64,000 nucleotides of DNA from Oceanispirochaeta sp. Its GTDB lineage: Bacteria; Spirochaetota; Spirochaetia; DSM-2461. The stretch lies in contig CAXXXD010000002.1 in the NCBI GenBank assembly GCA_963663385.2, positions 320,001 through 384,000 of the forward strand, written 5' to 3'. Every line of letters starts with the position of its first letter. The stretch's first letter is position 1. The notes below the pieces were generated by a model. It saw only the letters and a list, made by a program, of their open reading frames with translations, was not told the origin of the DNA and did no database searches. Position numbers and translations under genes: made by a program. Positions 47,780 to 58,100 of the stretch are shown piece after piece.

Positions 47780-48670
47780 ATGACAGATTTATATAAGCAG
47801 AAAAAAATATTGAAAAACAACCTGGAGGCTTTTACTTTTACAGGGCCCGCAGCAATTGTACTTTTTATGGTAATGGCTCTTCCAATCGTCATGGTTGTGT
47901 ATTACAGTTTTTTCCAGAATATGATAATGGACAACACACCGTTTTCCGGATTGCGGAACTACTCGTATTTTCTGTCGGATCCCGATATCCTTAAAATGGT
48001 CCGTTTTACCATACTTTTTACTGTGGGTAGTGTTTGCTCCCATCTTGTAATCGGTTTGTTTCTGGCTACCAAACTTAATGCGGACATCAACTCCATCGCT
48101 CTGGGAATTCTGCGGGCGATCTTTATTCTTCCCTGGATATTTACGGCAGCTGTTGTTGCGGTGGGCTGGCAGTTGGTACTTCTGCCTCAGGGAATACTGA
48201 ATTCTGTTCTCAGTTCCATTGCGGGAGAGCGGATTCTTGTGGATTACCTGGGAAAACCGCTGACTGCCATGCTTACCCTGATTGCCGTGAACGCCTGGAG
48301 GGGGTATCCCTTCTGTATGACCAGTTTTCTGGCCGGACTGCAGAGTATCCCCGGAGCGCTGTACGAAGCGGCTTCCATTGACGGTGCAAACAGAACTCAG
48401 CAGTTTTTCAGGATTACCCTGCCTCAGTTGATGCCTGTCATTCTGAGTGTTGTGTTACTGGATTCCATCTGGACCCTGAACCTCTTTCCCCTGATCTGGC
48501 TTTTGACAGGAGGCGGTCCCCTGAATTCAACGGATACCATTGCAACCTTTACCTACCGCTATGCCTTTGTGGATTACCAGTTCGGTTTTGCTTCAGCCGC
48601 TGTAACGGTAGGACTGGTCGTTACCATGATATTTACCTATTTCTATGTAAAAAGGCAGAAGGCTGTATAA
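47780..48670 (+). CDS. Carbohydrate ABC permease (MalF-like)
   Basis: FSGLRNY, LYEAASIDGA, LTGGGP; preceded by a hairpin at 47727-47759. Confidence 0.92.
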   Translation: MTDLYKQKKILKNNLEAFTFTGPAAIVLFMVMALPIVMVVYYSFFQNMIMDNTPFSGLRNYSYFLSDPDILKMVRFTILFTVGSVCSHLVIGLFLATKLNADINSIALGILRAIFILPWIFTAAVVAVGWQLVLLPQGILNSVLSSIAGERILVDYLGKPLTAMLTLIAVNAWRGYPFCMTSFLAGLQSIPGALYEAASIDGANRTQQFFRITLPQLMPVILSVVLLDSIWTLNLFPLIWLLTGGGPLNSTDTIATFTYRYAFVDYQFGFASAAVTVGLVVTMIFTYFYVKRQKAV

Positions 48671-48736
48671 AAGTTCTATTTAATGAAGAGCCCCGATTCT
48701 TATCAGGTAAAAGTCGGGTTCTTTTTTTCTATTCTT

Positions 48737-49363
48737 CTACCGAATCTGCTCCATGGTCATCATAAGGAATCCGGAAAAAGCCGCATTGCCTGGAGAAAGC
48801 GACGGATCCACATGGCCTTTCATTCCGTTGATAATATCCCTGTAACGCCTGTAAAAATCATAGCTGGGCTGCGGCCTGTAAACCAGATTTTCAATCTCAA
48901 ATACGGAAATAACGTTTTTTACCGTAGTCGGTTTAATAAAAACGTCCCTGTCCGGACGAAGGTAGGCGGGGATAACTGTCATAAGAGTCCATTTGGCCAG
49001 TTTCCCCATTCTGAGAATACCCAGAAACTGATTGAATCCTTTTTCTTCATCCATGTAGAGCATTTCATGAAGCCCGTTTATCATCTGTTCCAGTTCATTG
49101 CTGTTAAGGGAGCGCGTATAATCCCGGAATCTGGGCTTTTCGAAAACCGAAACCATGGAGGAGGCGCTGACGAATTTCGTCAGGTTTTCGCTGAGTTCCC
49201 CGGTGCGGGAAAAGCTGTCTTCAGAAAACTGTTCCGCCGCCCGGGGGATCAGTTTGTCCATCCTGTGCTTTTTTCCGATGGCAACCATTTCCGGATCGGC
49301 AAACCCGCCGGGGTATCGATGGAAAAATGCGGCCTCTGCCGCTTTAAGTTTTTCAATGTTCAT
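48737..49363 (-). CDS. Conserved hypothetical protein
   Basis: MNIEKLKAAEAAFFHRYPGGF.DPEM...; GGAGAGG SD; natural composition. Confidence 0.7.
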   Translation of the reverse strand: MNIEKLKAAEAAFFHRYPGGFADPEMVAIGKKHRMDKLIPRAAEQFSEDSFSRTGELSENLTKFVSASSMVSVFEKPRFRDYTRSLNSNELEQMINGLHEMLYMDEEKGFNQFLGILRMGKLAKWTLMTVIPAYLRPDRDVFIKPTTVKNVISVFEIENLVYRPQPSYDFYRRYRDIINGMKGHVDPSLSPGNAAFSGFLMMTMEQIR

Positions 49364-49452
49364 AGTCAGCGCCTCTCCTGCCGGCAGTATAGAGACCGGT
49401 AAGAGATCAGTATACTGCCCATTCAGGAAAAATGTCTATTTACGATTGCGTT

Positions 49453-50946
49453 TCACCACTCCAGCCTGATAAGTTCCTCCAGCTGCTGCCAGGGAGCGGA
49501 TTCTTCCGGAGTCAGATGAATCCCCGGTGTGCTCCTGCCCCGGTTGATCACGTCAAGGCAGAGATCTTTCAGCTCCCGGCATTTTACCGGGTTGGATGCG
49601 TAGAGGTTGGTCGTCTCATAGGGATCAAGTGAGAGATCGTAGAGCTGCACGGGACCGTCTTTTTCGCTCTCATCGATCCGGTTGCCCCCTGAACCGGCAT
49701 GGAGCAGCATCTTCCACTGCCCCTTTCTGACTGCCCACTTGCCTTCACAGGAGTGATGCACGGCGAAATCCCTGTAATCCGGAGCGTCCTGTTCATAAAG
49801 GAGAGGGGTCATATCATAGCTGTCCTCTCCCTGATCTTCCGGGTAGGTCAGGCCGGCGGCGGCAGCAGCGGTGGCGAAGAAATCGGCCAGTTCCACAAAT
49901 CGGTCGCACCGAACCCCCTCCGGTATGGTGCCGGGACGGCTGACAATGTAGGGAACCCGGTGTCCCCCCTCCCAGTTATCCCGTTTCATGCCCCGGAATT
50001 TCCAGGTGCTGTCATGACCGAATTTCTCCCGGTAGGCGGCGGTCAGTGTTTCAGGGCCGTTATCGCTGGAGAAGAAGATCAGCGTCTCCTCCCTGATGCC
50101 CAGCTCATCTACGGTCCTGACAATATCTCCCAGCACCTGGTCTATTTCCATCACGAAATCCCCGTAGATTCCGCAGCCGCTTTTTCCCAGAAACTCTTTA
50201 TTGGGCACAATGGGAGTATGGGGGCCGTTCACCGGAAGATAGAGGAAAAACGGATTTCCGGCGACGGTCTGTTCCTTAATAAAGTCAATGGATTTTTTCT
50301 TCAGGGCGGGCAGAACATCCTCATGCCTCCAGCCTTTGGCGCATATGCCTTCCCGGGCCCGGAGTTCCAGAGAGGGGCCGGCGGGGCTCACTGAATCGGG
50401 GATAACCGTAGCCTTGTCGTTTTCGATAAACACATAGGGGCTCATGTCCAGGCTGGCGGAGAGACCGAAAAAATAATCGAATCCCGCATCCACCGGACCG
50501 TTTTTAACGGGTTGGGAAAAATCCACCATTTCGTTCAGATCCCTTTCAACCGTTCCGTCCAGTTCCTGGACAAAGGCGGATCCCTTTGATTCCGGTTTTA
50601 AAGTCCAGTCCATACCTATATGCCACTTCCCGATACAGGCCGAACGATAGCCTCCCTCCTTCAGAAGAGAGGGAACCGTCGTCCGGTCCGGTTTAATCAG
50701 CGAGGGGCTGTATCCGCCGTTAACCCCCTGTTTCATGGGGGTCCGCCAGCAGTAACGGCCTGTCATAAGCGTGTACCGGCTGGGGGTGCAGACCGCCGAT
50801 CCGGCATGGGCATCGGTAAAGCTCATACCCCGTCCCGCCAGGGCGTCAATATGGGGCGTACTGATCCGCGAGTCGGGATTGAGACAGCTCACATCCCCCC
50901 AGCCCAGATCATCGCAGAACATAAAAATAATATTGGGTTTACTCAT
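49453..50946 (-). CDS. Arylsulfatase A-like Cys-type sulfatase
   Basis: KPNIIFMFCDDLGWGD, CTPSRYTLMTGRY, GKWH, SSDNG, EGGHRVP; start ATG 50946 with AGGAG SD. Confidence 0.94.
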   Translation of the reverse strand: MSKPNIIFMFCDDLGWGDVSCLNPDSRISTPHIDALAGRGMSFTDAHAGSAVCTPSRYTLMTGRYCWRTPMKQGVNGGYSPSLIKPDRTTVPSLLKEGGYRSACIGKWHIGMDWTLKPESKGSAFVQELDGTVERDLNEMVDFSQPVKNGPVDAGFDYFFGLSASLDMSPYVFIENDKATVIPDSVSPAGPSLELRAREGICAKGWRHEDVLPALKKKSIDFIKEQTVAGNPFFLYLPVNGPHTPIVPNKEFLGKSGCGIYGDFVMEIDQVLGDIVRTVDELGIREETLIFFSSDNGPETLTAAYREKFGHDSTWKFRGMKRDNWEGGHRVPYIVSRPGTIPEGVRCDRFVELADFFATAAAAAGLTYPEDQGEDSYDMTPLLYEQDAPDYRDFAVHHSCEGKWAVRKGQWKMLLHAGSGGNRIDESEKDGPVQLYDLSLDPYETTNLYASNPVKCRELKDLCLDVINRGRSTPGIHLTPEESAPWQQLEELIRLEW

Positions 50947-51067
50947 AACAATTATCTCCTGACATGGTTTCTGTTTACCTGAAACAGTGGTCATGTAGAT
51001 AAATTATAACATGACCTGGGGAAACCAGGTATTGTATCCTTTCACCATTGGTGGTATATTTTCACCA

Positions 51068-51814
51068 ATGAAATTTCAGGATTGTCCCGAAATCCTCTCT
51101 TTAAGCGGTTCTTTCAAGGAGGGAAAAGATGAGTATTATCATCGGCTGGACTTTTGTTCCCTGATTATGCTGGACGGTTTCTGCCGTTTTGAATCGGAGG
51201 ACTATGTACGGGATATCATTCCCGGCGATATCCTTATTGTCCCCGCCGGACAGTCCCGGATCTACCGTCATCCCCGCTCCCTGAAATGCCGTCACGGCCA
51301 TTTTACTACTGTCAGGCCGCCGGAAAGGATTCTTTTCCACAGAAGCGGGGCGGCTTTCCGGTCCTTTGCCGCCGAATTCGACCGGATAAATCTGATGGAG
51401 CGCAGAAACCGGGGGAGAGCCACCGCCCGTTTCTGGGAACTGCTTCATCGGATCGAAGATCGCACTCCGGGGGAGGGTGCTGAGAGAAACACTGTCCATC
51501 CCGCATTGGCGGAAGCTGTTCGCCATTTGGAGTTCAATTTTCACCGGCCCGTTGATATGGAGGAGTTGGCCAGCATCTGCGGAATCTCCCATAATCAGCT
51601 TATCCGGCTGTTCCGCCGGGAGATGGGCACAACCATCATCGGTTATCTATCCGAAAAACGCCTCTCCCATGCCTACGAGCTGCTGACACAGACCGGACTC
51701 CCGGTTAAGGAAATCCGTTTCAAATGCGGCTACCGGGACAGTCAGTATTTCAACAAGGCCGTACGCCGCCGCTTCGGTCTTTCTCCCACCGCACTGAGAG
51801 TCTCTGTTCTGTAA
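51068..51814 (+). CDS. AraC-family regulator
   Basis: ELASICGISHNQLIRLFRREMG...KEIRFKCGYRDSQYFNKAVRRRFGLSPTALR. Confidence 0.92.
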   Translation: MKFQDCPEILSLSGSFKEGKDEYYHRLDFCSLIMLDGFCRFESEDYVRDIIPGDILIVPAGQSRIYRHPRSLKCRHGHFTTVRPPERILFHRSGAAFRSFAAEFDRINLMERRNRGRATARFWELLHRIEDRTPGEGAERNTVHPALAEAVRHLEFNFHRPVDMEELASICGISHNQLIRLFRREMGTTIIGYLSEKRLSHAYELLTQTGLPVKEIRFKCGYRDSQYFNKAVRRRFGLSPTALRVSVL

Positions 51815-51971
51815 TCCCGCAGCATGCTCATTGAGGGGAGGAATAGGTATATTCCCGAAATAAATGCGATCAGATGTTTAATAGGCCTTGAAATATGAAA
51901 GAACATGAACTAATTTTTATAATATCGTGGTGTTTATTATATGACCAATGGTATTTCTCAAGGAGAGATGT

Positions 51972-52229
51972 ATGGATTGTGAATGTCTACCGACCTGTCC
52001 TTTCTTTAATGACAAGATGGCAACAAAGCCTTCTTTGGCCAGTCTTATGAAAAAGCAGTACTGCAAAGGGGATTTTAACAGTTGTGCCAGGCATCAGGTT
52101 TTTCTTGCTCTTGGCAAAGAGTCTGTTCCCAAAGACCTCTTCCCCAATCAGGCTGAGAAAGCCCGGGAAATTATTCATACGAAGAATAGTGCTCAGGTTC
52201 CGAATTACCCTGCTTCTTTTCCGCATTAA
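51972..52229 (+). CDS. Small Cys-rich protein (possibly metal-binding)
   Basis: AAGGAG SD; CECLPTCPFFND...YCKGDFNSCAR...VPKDLFPNQ. Confidence 0.7.
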   Translation: MDCECLPTCPFFNDKMATKPSLASLMKKQYCKGDFNSCARHQVFLALGKESVPKDLFPNQAEKAREIIHTKNSAQVPNYPASFPH

Positions 52230-54324
52230 CAAATATGGTATGAGTCCGGGCGGAGCGGCTGGGAAGGGTCGGTTCTGTAGAGCTTAGTATATTTACAGAG
52301 CCTCCTCTGTCTATCATGCGGCCTTTCCTGTTCTGTAAATGCGGCCAGAGTCCTTCGTTGAGGGACACACAGCCGGGTATTATGTCATCACAGATTTTAA
52401 CCGGCAGTTCCAGGACTCCTTCGGGGCTTTTCAGGCAGATTGTATCTTCCGGTCCTATCTGCCTTGCTTCCGCATCCTTCGGATTCATCCAGACTTTTAA
52501 GTCCTCCTCTTTTCTGAATCCCCCGATATTTCCGAACTGGGAGTGTATACCCTGAAGAGGGTGGGGCGTTATCAGGTAGAGAGGATAAAGGGGATCTTCC
52601 GGGTGGATGGACCGGTTATGGGGGTGGGCTTTATACCCCAGATCCTCCCAGGATTCGGGAGCAATCTCCACCTTCCCCGACGGCGTCTGCAGAGGGTGCT
52701 TCCGCGGGTCCCGGATAAAATCCGAAAAGGCGTTCCGTTCCCGGGCCTCTCCCATATAAATCCCGCTTTTTTTAAACTCCTGCTTATCCGGGATATCAGA
52801 TTGATCCAGTAGAAAATCCAGCCACTCTTTTTCCGATCTGTTCTGTGTGAATTCTGTCCCGTATCCCAATCGCCGGGAGAGCTCTGAAAATATTTGATAA
52901 TCCGTAAGAACCCCTCCGGGAGGCTCTACCGCTTTGGCCGAGTAGAGGAGGAAATTCCCCGCCGGTTTGACCACATCGTTACGCTCCAGGAAGGAGGCAA
53001 CCGGAAAAACAATATCGCAGAGGCCCATGGTGGGGGTTAGAAAGAAGTCATGGCCGATGATCAGTTCCAGTTTCTGAAAGGCCCGGATATTCTTCTGTAT
53101 ATCACTGCCCTGAACCAGAAAATTGCTGCCGGTAATATAGGCCCCTCTAATGGGAGGAATCCCCTTCTGTCCCGACAGGATCACATCAGGCCATTCATAA
53201 ACCGGAAACCCCGGATCAGAATGAGCCGGGACGGGCAGGGAGGGGCAGTAGGGCTGGGGCATTTTACCCCAGAACATCCCGCCCGAGGAGCCGCCTTTTA
53301 TCCCGATATTTCCTGTGGCAAGCTGAAGCGCTGCGGGCATCCTGGTCGCTTCTTCTCCGCCGACGGCCCGTTGGAGAGAGAGCCCGGGAAGAAGGGCCAG
53401 GGGTTTGATCCTGCCCGTCATGTCCGCCAGCTTTTCAATATCTTCCACAGGAACACCGCAGAGGGGAGACGCCCATTCCGGGTTTTTGGGAATCCCGTCC
53501 TCTTTTCCCATAATATACGATTTTAATGCGGGGAAGCCATGGCTGTATTTTTCTATAAACTCATGGTCCTGAAGATCATTTCGAATAAGGTAGTAGAGGA
53601 TGGCTTCCATCAGGGCCGTGTCCCCTCCCGGTTTGATGGGAATCCACCAGGTTCCGAGGGATTTTACAGTTCTTGTGCGGCGCGGATCGATCACAATAAT
53701 GGGAACTCCCCGCTTTTTTGCTTCCATAAGACGGGGGGGCATTTCACAGCCGAAGCGGGTATCAATGGCATTGTATCCCCAGAGGATAATCATTTTGGAG
53801 TGGGCCAGATTCCCCGCATCCATACCGGTCTGTTTTGTGCCGAATACATGGGGCAGGGCAAAGGAGGCTGCGCCGCTGCTGTAGCTGCTCAGATTTCTGG
53901 TTGCTCCGCCCCACTGGGTAAGGAAGCGGGCGGTCTGGGTGGCATTATTATGAAAAACACCACGGCAGGCACCGCCGCTGGAAAGGTCCAGCAGGGATGT
54001 ACATCCCTGTTTCTCTTTGAAATCGGCAAGGCGGGACGCCGCCAGATCCAGAGCTTCCTCCCAGGAGGTTTCTCTGAAATACTGCCGGGCTTCCTCTGCC
54101 GAAGTCAGGACCCGCGGGGCGCCTTCCCTGCGGATAAGCGGTTTTTTCAGACGGTCCGGATGATAGTCCATCAGGTGGGCATGAAAGCCTTTACTGCACC
54201 CCTTCATATAGGGGGTCCCCGCCGGGTTATTGCTGATCCGGATAATCCGGCCCTTATCTACATGCGCCAGGAGAGGGCACCCTCCGCCGCAGTCTTTATT
54301 ACAGGAAACAGGAATAGTCTGCAT
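52171..54324 (-). CDS. Molybdopterin (bis-MGD) oxidoreductase, DmsA/BisC-like, no Tat signal
   Basis: CNKDCGGGC...C (Fe-S), DRLKKPL, SYSSGA, IDPRRT, TPSGKVEI, HSQF, MNPKDAEARQI. Confidence 0.9.
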   Translation of the reverse strand: MQTIPVSCNKDCGGGCPLLAHVDKGRIIRISNNPAGTPYMKGCSKGFHAHLMDYHPDRLKKPLIRREGAPRVLTSAEEARQYFRETSWEEALDLAASRLADFKEKQGCTSLLDLSSGGACRGVFHNNATQTARFLTQWGGATRNLSSYSSGAASFALPHVFGTKQTGMDAGNLAHSKMIILWGYNAIDTRFGCEMPPRLMEAKKRGVPIIVIDPRRTRTVKSLGTWWIPIKPGGDTALMEAILYYLIRNDLQDHEFIEKYSHGFPALKSYIMGKEDGIPKNPEWASPLCGVPVEDIEKLADMTGRIKPLALLPGLSLQRAVGGEEATRMPAALQLATGNIGIKGGSSGGMFWGKMPQPYCPSLPVPAHSDPGFPVYEWPDVILSGQKGIPPIRGAYITGSNFLVQGSDIQKNIRAFQKLELIIGHDFFLTPTMGLCDIVFPVASFLERNDVVKPAGNFLLYSAKAVEPPGGVLTDYQIFSELSRRLGYGTEFTQNRSEKEWLDFLLDQSDIPDKQEFKKSGIYMGEARERNAFSDFIRDPRKHPLQTPSGKVEIAPESWEDLGYKAHPHNRSIHPEDPLYPLYLITPHPLQGIHSQFGNIGGFRKEEDLKVWMNPKDAEARQIGPEDTICLKSPEGVLELPVKICDDIIPGCVSLNEGLWPHLQNRKGRMIDRGGSVNILSSTEPTLPSRSARTHTIFVNAEKKQGNSEPEHYSSYE

Positions 54325-54343
54325 GGAGGCAGTTTACCCCTAT

Positions 54344-55264
54344 TTAACTGATTTTGGCCAGTTCCACAGCTGTTTCGGCAGCCACTCTGGCGTTATTGAA
54401 TACAAGCTTGATATTGGATGCCAGGCTGTCGCCTCCCGTCAGTTCCGCTACTTTGGCCAGCAGAAACGGGGTGGACTCTTTGCCTTTTATCCCCTTTTCA
54501 GTCATTTCTGCAAGGGCTTTTTCTATGGCCCGGTTTATAACCGTATCGTCCATGGCATCTTTTTCGGGGATCGGATTGGCAATGACAACCCCGCCGCTGA
54601 GCTGCATATCCCATTTAGCCTTCAGGGCTTTTGCCAGATCTTCAGGACTGTCTATACGATAGTCCACATTGAAACCGCTCTTTCTGGTGTAGAAGGAGGG
54701 CATCTCCTCTGTACCGTATCCCACAACGGGAACACCGTTTGTTTCAAGGTATTCGAGGGTCAGTCCTATATCCAGGATGGATTTGGCTCCCGCGCAGAAT
54801 ACGGCTACATCTGTGCCGGCCAGTTCCTGCAGATCCGCGGAAATATCGAATGTTTCCTGGGCGCCTCTATGCACTCCCCCGATTCCCCCTGTGGCAAATA
54901 CTTTAATACCGGCCATAGCGGCTATAATCATGGTGGATGCAACGGTTGTCGCCCCGTCTGCTCCGGATGATACGATAAAAGGGATATCCCTCCGGCTGAC
55001 CTTTGCTACACCCTGTCCGGCTTTGCCGAGATAGTCCAGTTCTTCCGGTAGCAGGCCTGCTTTTAACCGGCCTTTCAGAATAGCAATAGTAGCCGGTACG
55101 GCCCCGTTTTTTCTTATGATGCTTTCTACTTCTTTGGCCGTTTCCACATTCTGGGGGTAGGGCATCCCATGGGATATTATGGTAGATTCAAGAGCCACAA
55201 CGGGCTTTCCTTCTTTAAGGGCTTTTTTTACTTCCGGTGCAATGTCCAGGTATGTGTTGTTCAT
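54344..55264 (-). CDS. psuG: Pseudouridine-5'-phosphate glycosidase
   Basis: [56 protein letters not shown]. Confidence 0.96.
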   Translation of the reverse strand: MNNTYLDIAPEVKKALKEGKPVVALESTIISHGMPYPQNVETAKEVESIIRKNGAVPATIAILKGRLKAGLLPEELDYLGKAGQGVAKVSRRDIPFIVSSGADGATTVASTMIIAAMAGIKVFATGGIGGVHRGAQETFDISADLQELAGTDVAVFCAGAKSILDIGLTLEYLETNGVPVVGYGTEEMPSFYTRKSGFNVDYRIDSPEDLAKALKAKWDMQLSGGVVIANPIPEKDAMDDTVINRAIEKALAEMTEKGIKGKESTPFLLAKVAELTGGDSLASNIKLVFNNARVAAETAVELAKIS

Positions 55265-56362
55265 TCAGTTATTCTCCTTGATATATTGGTCTATTTTCTG
55301 AGCCGAAATATTCGGATTGATGGTGTCTTCATGAATCATTGTCAGAGCTGAGCATCCCAGGGCAAAGCGGATGGCGTCTACCGTCGGATACTCTTCCATC
55401 CAGGTATAGGCCAGACCCGCCATAAACGCATCTCCAGCCCCTGTGGCATTGACAGGATTTCCCGGCAGAGGCAGGTTGGGCATCCGGATCTCCTCTGTTT
55501 CGCTCCTGTAAAATACTCCTTCCTCTCCCAGACTGATTATAACTCGTTTAATTCCTGCGGTTATCAGTTTTTCAGCTGCTCTTTTCAAATCAGTATTACT
55601 CTTTATCCGGATCCCCGAGAGTATTTCAGCTTCCAGTCTGTTAGGCTTTATGGTATGAATCCGGGAAAGGGAACTATTGAGGCGGGGCGCTTTGGCAGCA
55701 GAAACACAGTCTGCAAAGATAGGAATATCCCTATGATTATCTGTTATCCAGTACAGTAGCTCTTCCGGGAGGTTGGCATCCAGAATTATCAGTGCCGCAT
55801 TTTTTAAAAGCCTTTCCCTGGATTGTATATAGTCGGTATCGAAGCGGTTTATTATATCCATATGATTAATGGCAACCGCCATATCTCCATCCCCGTCCAA
55901 TATGGAAAGGTAGGTGGAACTGCTTGCTTCCGGGATCCGTTTGATATGGTTCATATCCACACCGGCCGCTTCGCTGGTTTCAAGAATCTCCCTGGCGTAA
56001 AGGTCTCCTCCCAGAAGGGTAAGGAGCTTGACGTCTCCTCCCAGGCGGGCCAGGTTTTCCGCAATATTTCTGCCGACTCCCCCGCAGGAGAGCTTTACTG
56101 TTCCGGGGTTGGAGTCTTTCAGAACCAGCGGAGCAGCGGGAAAGCCCTGTATATCCATATTGGCTCCGCCGATGGTTACGGCGTAATTCTTCTCTTTCAG
56201 AATATAGCCTTTCCCTTTTATATACCCCTTGTCCGTCAGGTTCATAATATGACCGGCAACAGACGAGCGGGTAATCCCCAGTCTGTGAGCCAGTTCCTTC
56301 TGGGAGATCAGAGGATTTGTGCTTAGAATCTTTAATATTTCCTGTTCTCTGTTTGTTGCCAT
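55265..56362 (-). CDS. psuK: Pseudouridine kinase (PfkB) with N-terminal wHTH
   Basis: ISQKELAHRLGITRSSVAGHIMNL; GGVGRNIAENLARLG; NATGAGDAFMAG; adjacent to psuG. Confidence 0.9.
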   Translation of the reverse strand: MATNREQEILKILSTNPLISQKELAHRLGITRSSVAGHIMNLTDKGYIKGKGYILKEKNYAVTIGGANMDIQGFPAAPLVLKDSNPGTVKLSCGGVGRNIAENLARLGGDVKLLTLLGGDLYAREILETSEAAGVDMNHIKRIPEASSSTYLSILDGDGDMAVAINHMDIINRFDTDYIQSRERLLKNAALIILDANLPEELLYWITDNHRDIPIFADCVSAAKAPRLNSSLSRIHTIKPNRLEAEILSGIRIKSNTDLKRAAEKLITAGIKRVIISLGEEGVFYRSETEEIRMPNLPLPGNPVNATGAGDAFMAGLAYTWMEEYPTVDAIRFALGCSALTMIHEDTINPNISAQKIDQYIKENN

Positions 56363-56374
56363 TTTATCAGCTTT

Positions 56375-56390
56375 GCAAACATATGTTTGC
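56375..56390. promoter_or_regulatory. Candidate operator of HTH-PsuK
   Basis: Perfect palindrome GCAAACATATGTTTGC, 12 bp upstream of the psuK start. Confidence 0.55.
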
Positions 56391-56498
56391 TGTGTGGAAT
56401 TATGTTTATCAGTTTAGCGAAGGATGTCTCGGGCATCAAGTGAGGAAATTGTTTTTTTTGAGAAAAATCCTGAACCTTAATCTAGTATAATATGAAGT

Positions 56499-57014
56499 AT
56501 GGAACAGAAAGATAAAATCTATGAACCCCTACTGGATATTGAGAATGTTCTGCCTATTCTGAGTCGAATTTCTTTATTTGGCGGGTTGGATGACAGGGAG
56601 CTGGGGCTTCTTTTCCGAAATCTTGAAAAAGTCCGTTACCGGAAGGGGGAAGTTATTTTTCAACAGGGGCAGCAGGCCCGTTACATTTATATCGTCCGGA
56701 GCGGTCGGGTTAAATTGTATGTTGAAGAAAAACAGACAGCTCTGGAACTGTATGAACTGGGTGTCGGGATGAGCTTTGGAGAAACCTCGCTTATAGGGAT
56801 TCAGCCTCAATCGGCCAATACCATTGCAATCGAAGATACGGAGCTGATTGTTATATCCGGCCATTCCCTTAATCAGATGTATAAAAGCGATGTGAGTCTT
56901 TTTTCAAAAATTGTGCTGAATATTGCCCGGGAAAGCTGCCGGCGTTTAATCAAAACCGATGATATCCTTCTCCATTATGTCTTGAAAGAGAAGGAGGAGG
57001 GAGTGGTAAACTGA
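56499..57014 (+). CDS. Stand-alone cyclic-nucleotide-binding domain protein
   Basis: GEVIFQQG..ARYIYIVRSGRV, FGETSL...SANTIAIED; no Crp HTH. Confidence 0.85.
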   Translation: MEQKDKIYEPLLDIENVLPILSRISLFGGLDDRELGLLFRNLEKVRYRKGEVIFQQGQQARYIYIVRSGRVKLYVEEKQTALELYELGVGMSFGETSLIGIQPQSANTIAIEDTELIVISGHSLNQMYKSDVSLFSKIVLNIARESCRRLIKTDDILLHYVLKEKEEGVVN

Positions 57015-57027
57015 TTGCTGATTTTTC

Positions 57028-57954
57028 TTACCACAACAGAAAGAGAACAGGAAGGCCTATCAGAAAAAACACGGTGGATACCGTAATGGCATGGGCAACA
57101 AACTCCGAATCAAGACCAAACATATCGCTTACAACTATAGGCATGATTCCCAGAGGGGCCAGGGAGTTGATAACCAGAACTTTTGAGGATATTTCATCGT
57201 AAACAGGCAGTTTTATCATGAACACGGTTACCCCCGTCCACAGTATTGCCCGGACTATCAGGTAAGGGAGCAGAGACAGGGTCGATTTGAAAGCATCTCT
57301 CAGGGAAATCGAGAGACCCAGGCAATAGAGTGTCAGAGGAATTCCCATACTTCCGAAGCTCTCTGTAAAATCTGCCAGCCAGTCGGGTATCACCGTCTCC
57401 GTAATACCGAGAATCAGACCGACAGCTATCATGCCGAGAACGGGTATAAGGTTACAGGCTATCTCTTTTTTATCAAGATCATGAGTTTTATGCAGGCCGA
57501 ATACAAATAATGTGGCAAAGGCATATGCCATCAGAAACGGCCAGTAGAATGCCGAATAGAAGATCCCTCTCTGCAGACCGGCCGGTCCGATCATGATGTC
57601 ATGAAGCTTCCAGCAGATATGTCCGATATTTCCGGCATAGATCATCAGGAGCAGCTCTGCCCTGTACCGGGCGAACCAGGGATGCCCTCCCGCCAGTTTC
57701 AGCAGCCCCCAGGATATAGACCAGATGATCCCCATAAAGAAAAAAAGGCTAAAGGAGAGAGGGATAAACTGTCCTGCCGTTGACAGGTCAATGAGTCTGA
57801 GTGAATTGAATACCATAAACGGGATGGCGACCCTGGTGGCAAAGCGCTGAATCACCGGTCTGTGTCCCGGATGCACAAAATTGCCGTTACGGCTGAGAAT
57901 CCCCAGAATGACGGGAAGGAATATTCCTGTAAAAGCATTTAAAAGCAGCTGCAC
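57028..57954 (-). CDS. AEC (auxin efflux carrier)-family transporter
   Basis: About 10 TM; VAIPFMVF, GNIGH, IPLTLYCLG, AP.GIMP. Confidence 0.75.
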   Translation of the reverse strand: MQLLLNAFTGIFLPVILGILSRNGNFVHPGHRPVIQRFATRVAIPFMVFNSLRLIDLSTAGQFIPLSFSLFFFMGIIWSISWGLLKLAGGHPWFARYRAELLLMIYAGNIGHICWKLHDIMIGPAGLQRGIFYSAFYWPFLMAYAFATLFVFGLHKTHDLDKKEIACNLIPVLGMIAVGLILGITETVIPDWLADFTESFGSMGIPLTLYCLGLSISLRDAFKSTLSLLPYLIVRAILWTGVTVFMIKLPVYDEISSKVLVINSLAPLGIMPIVVSDMFGLDSEFVAHAITVSTVFFLIGLPVLFLLW

Positions 57955-58100
57955 TACCGCTCATTCAACAGGTATACGGCCTGACAGTCAAGAGAGGGCT
58001 GTTCATCTATTGAAAAAGTAAATTTGTAATTTATCCATACGTTTACTATTCTTTAGATAAATAATGAATAGTTATTATATTAATTGAAAGAGAAGGGCAG

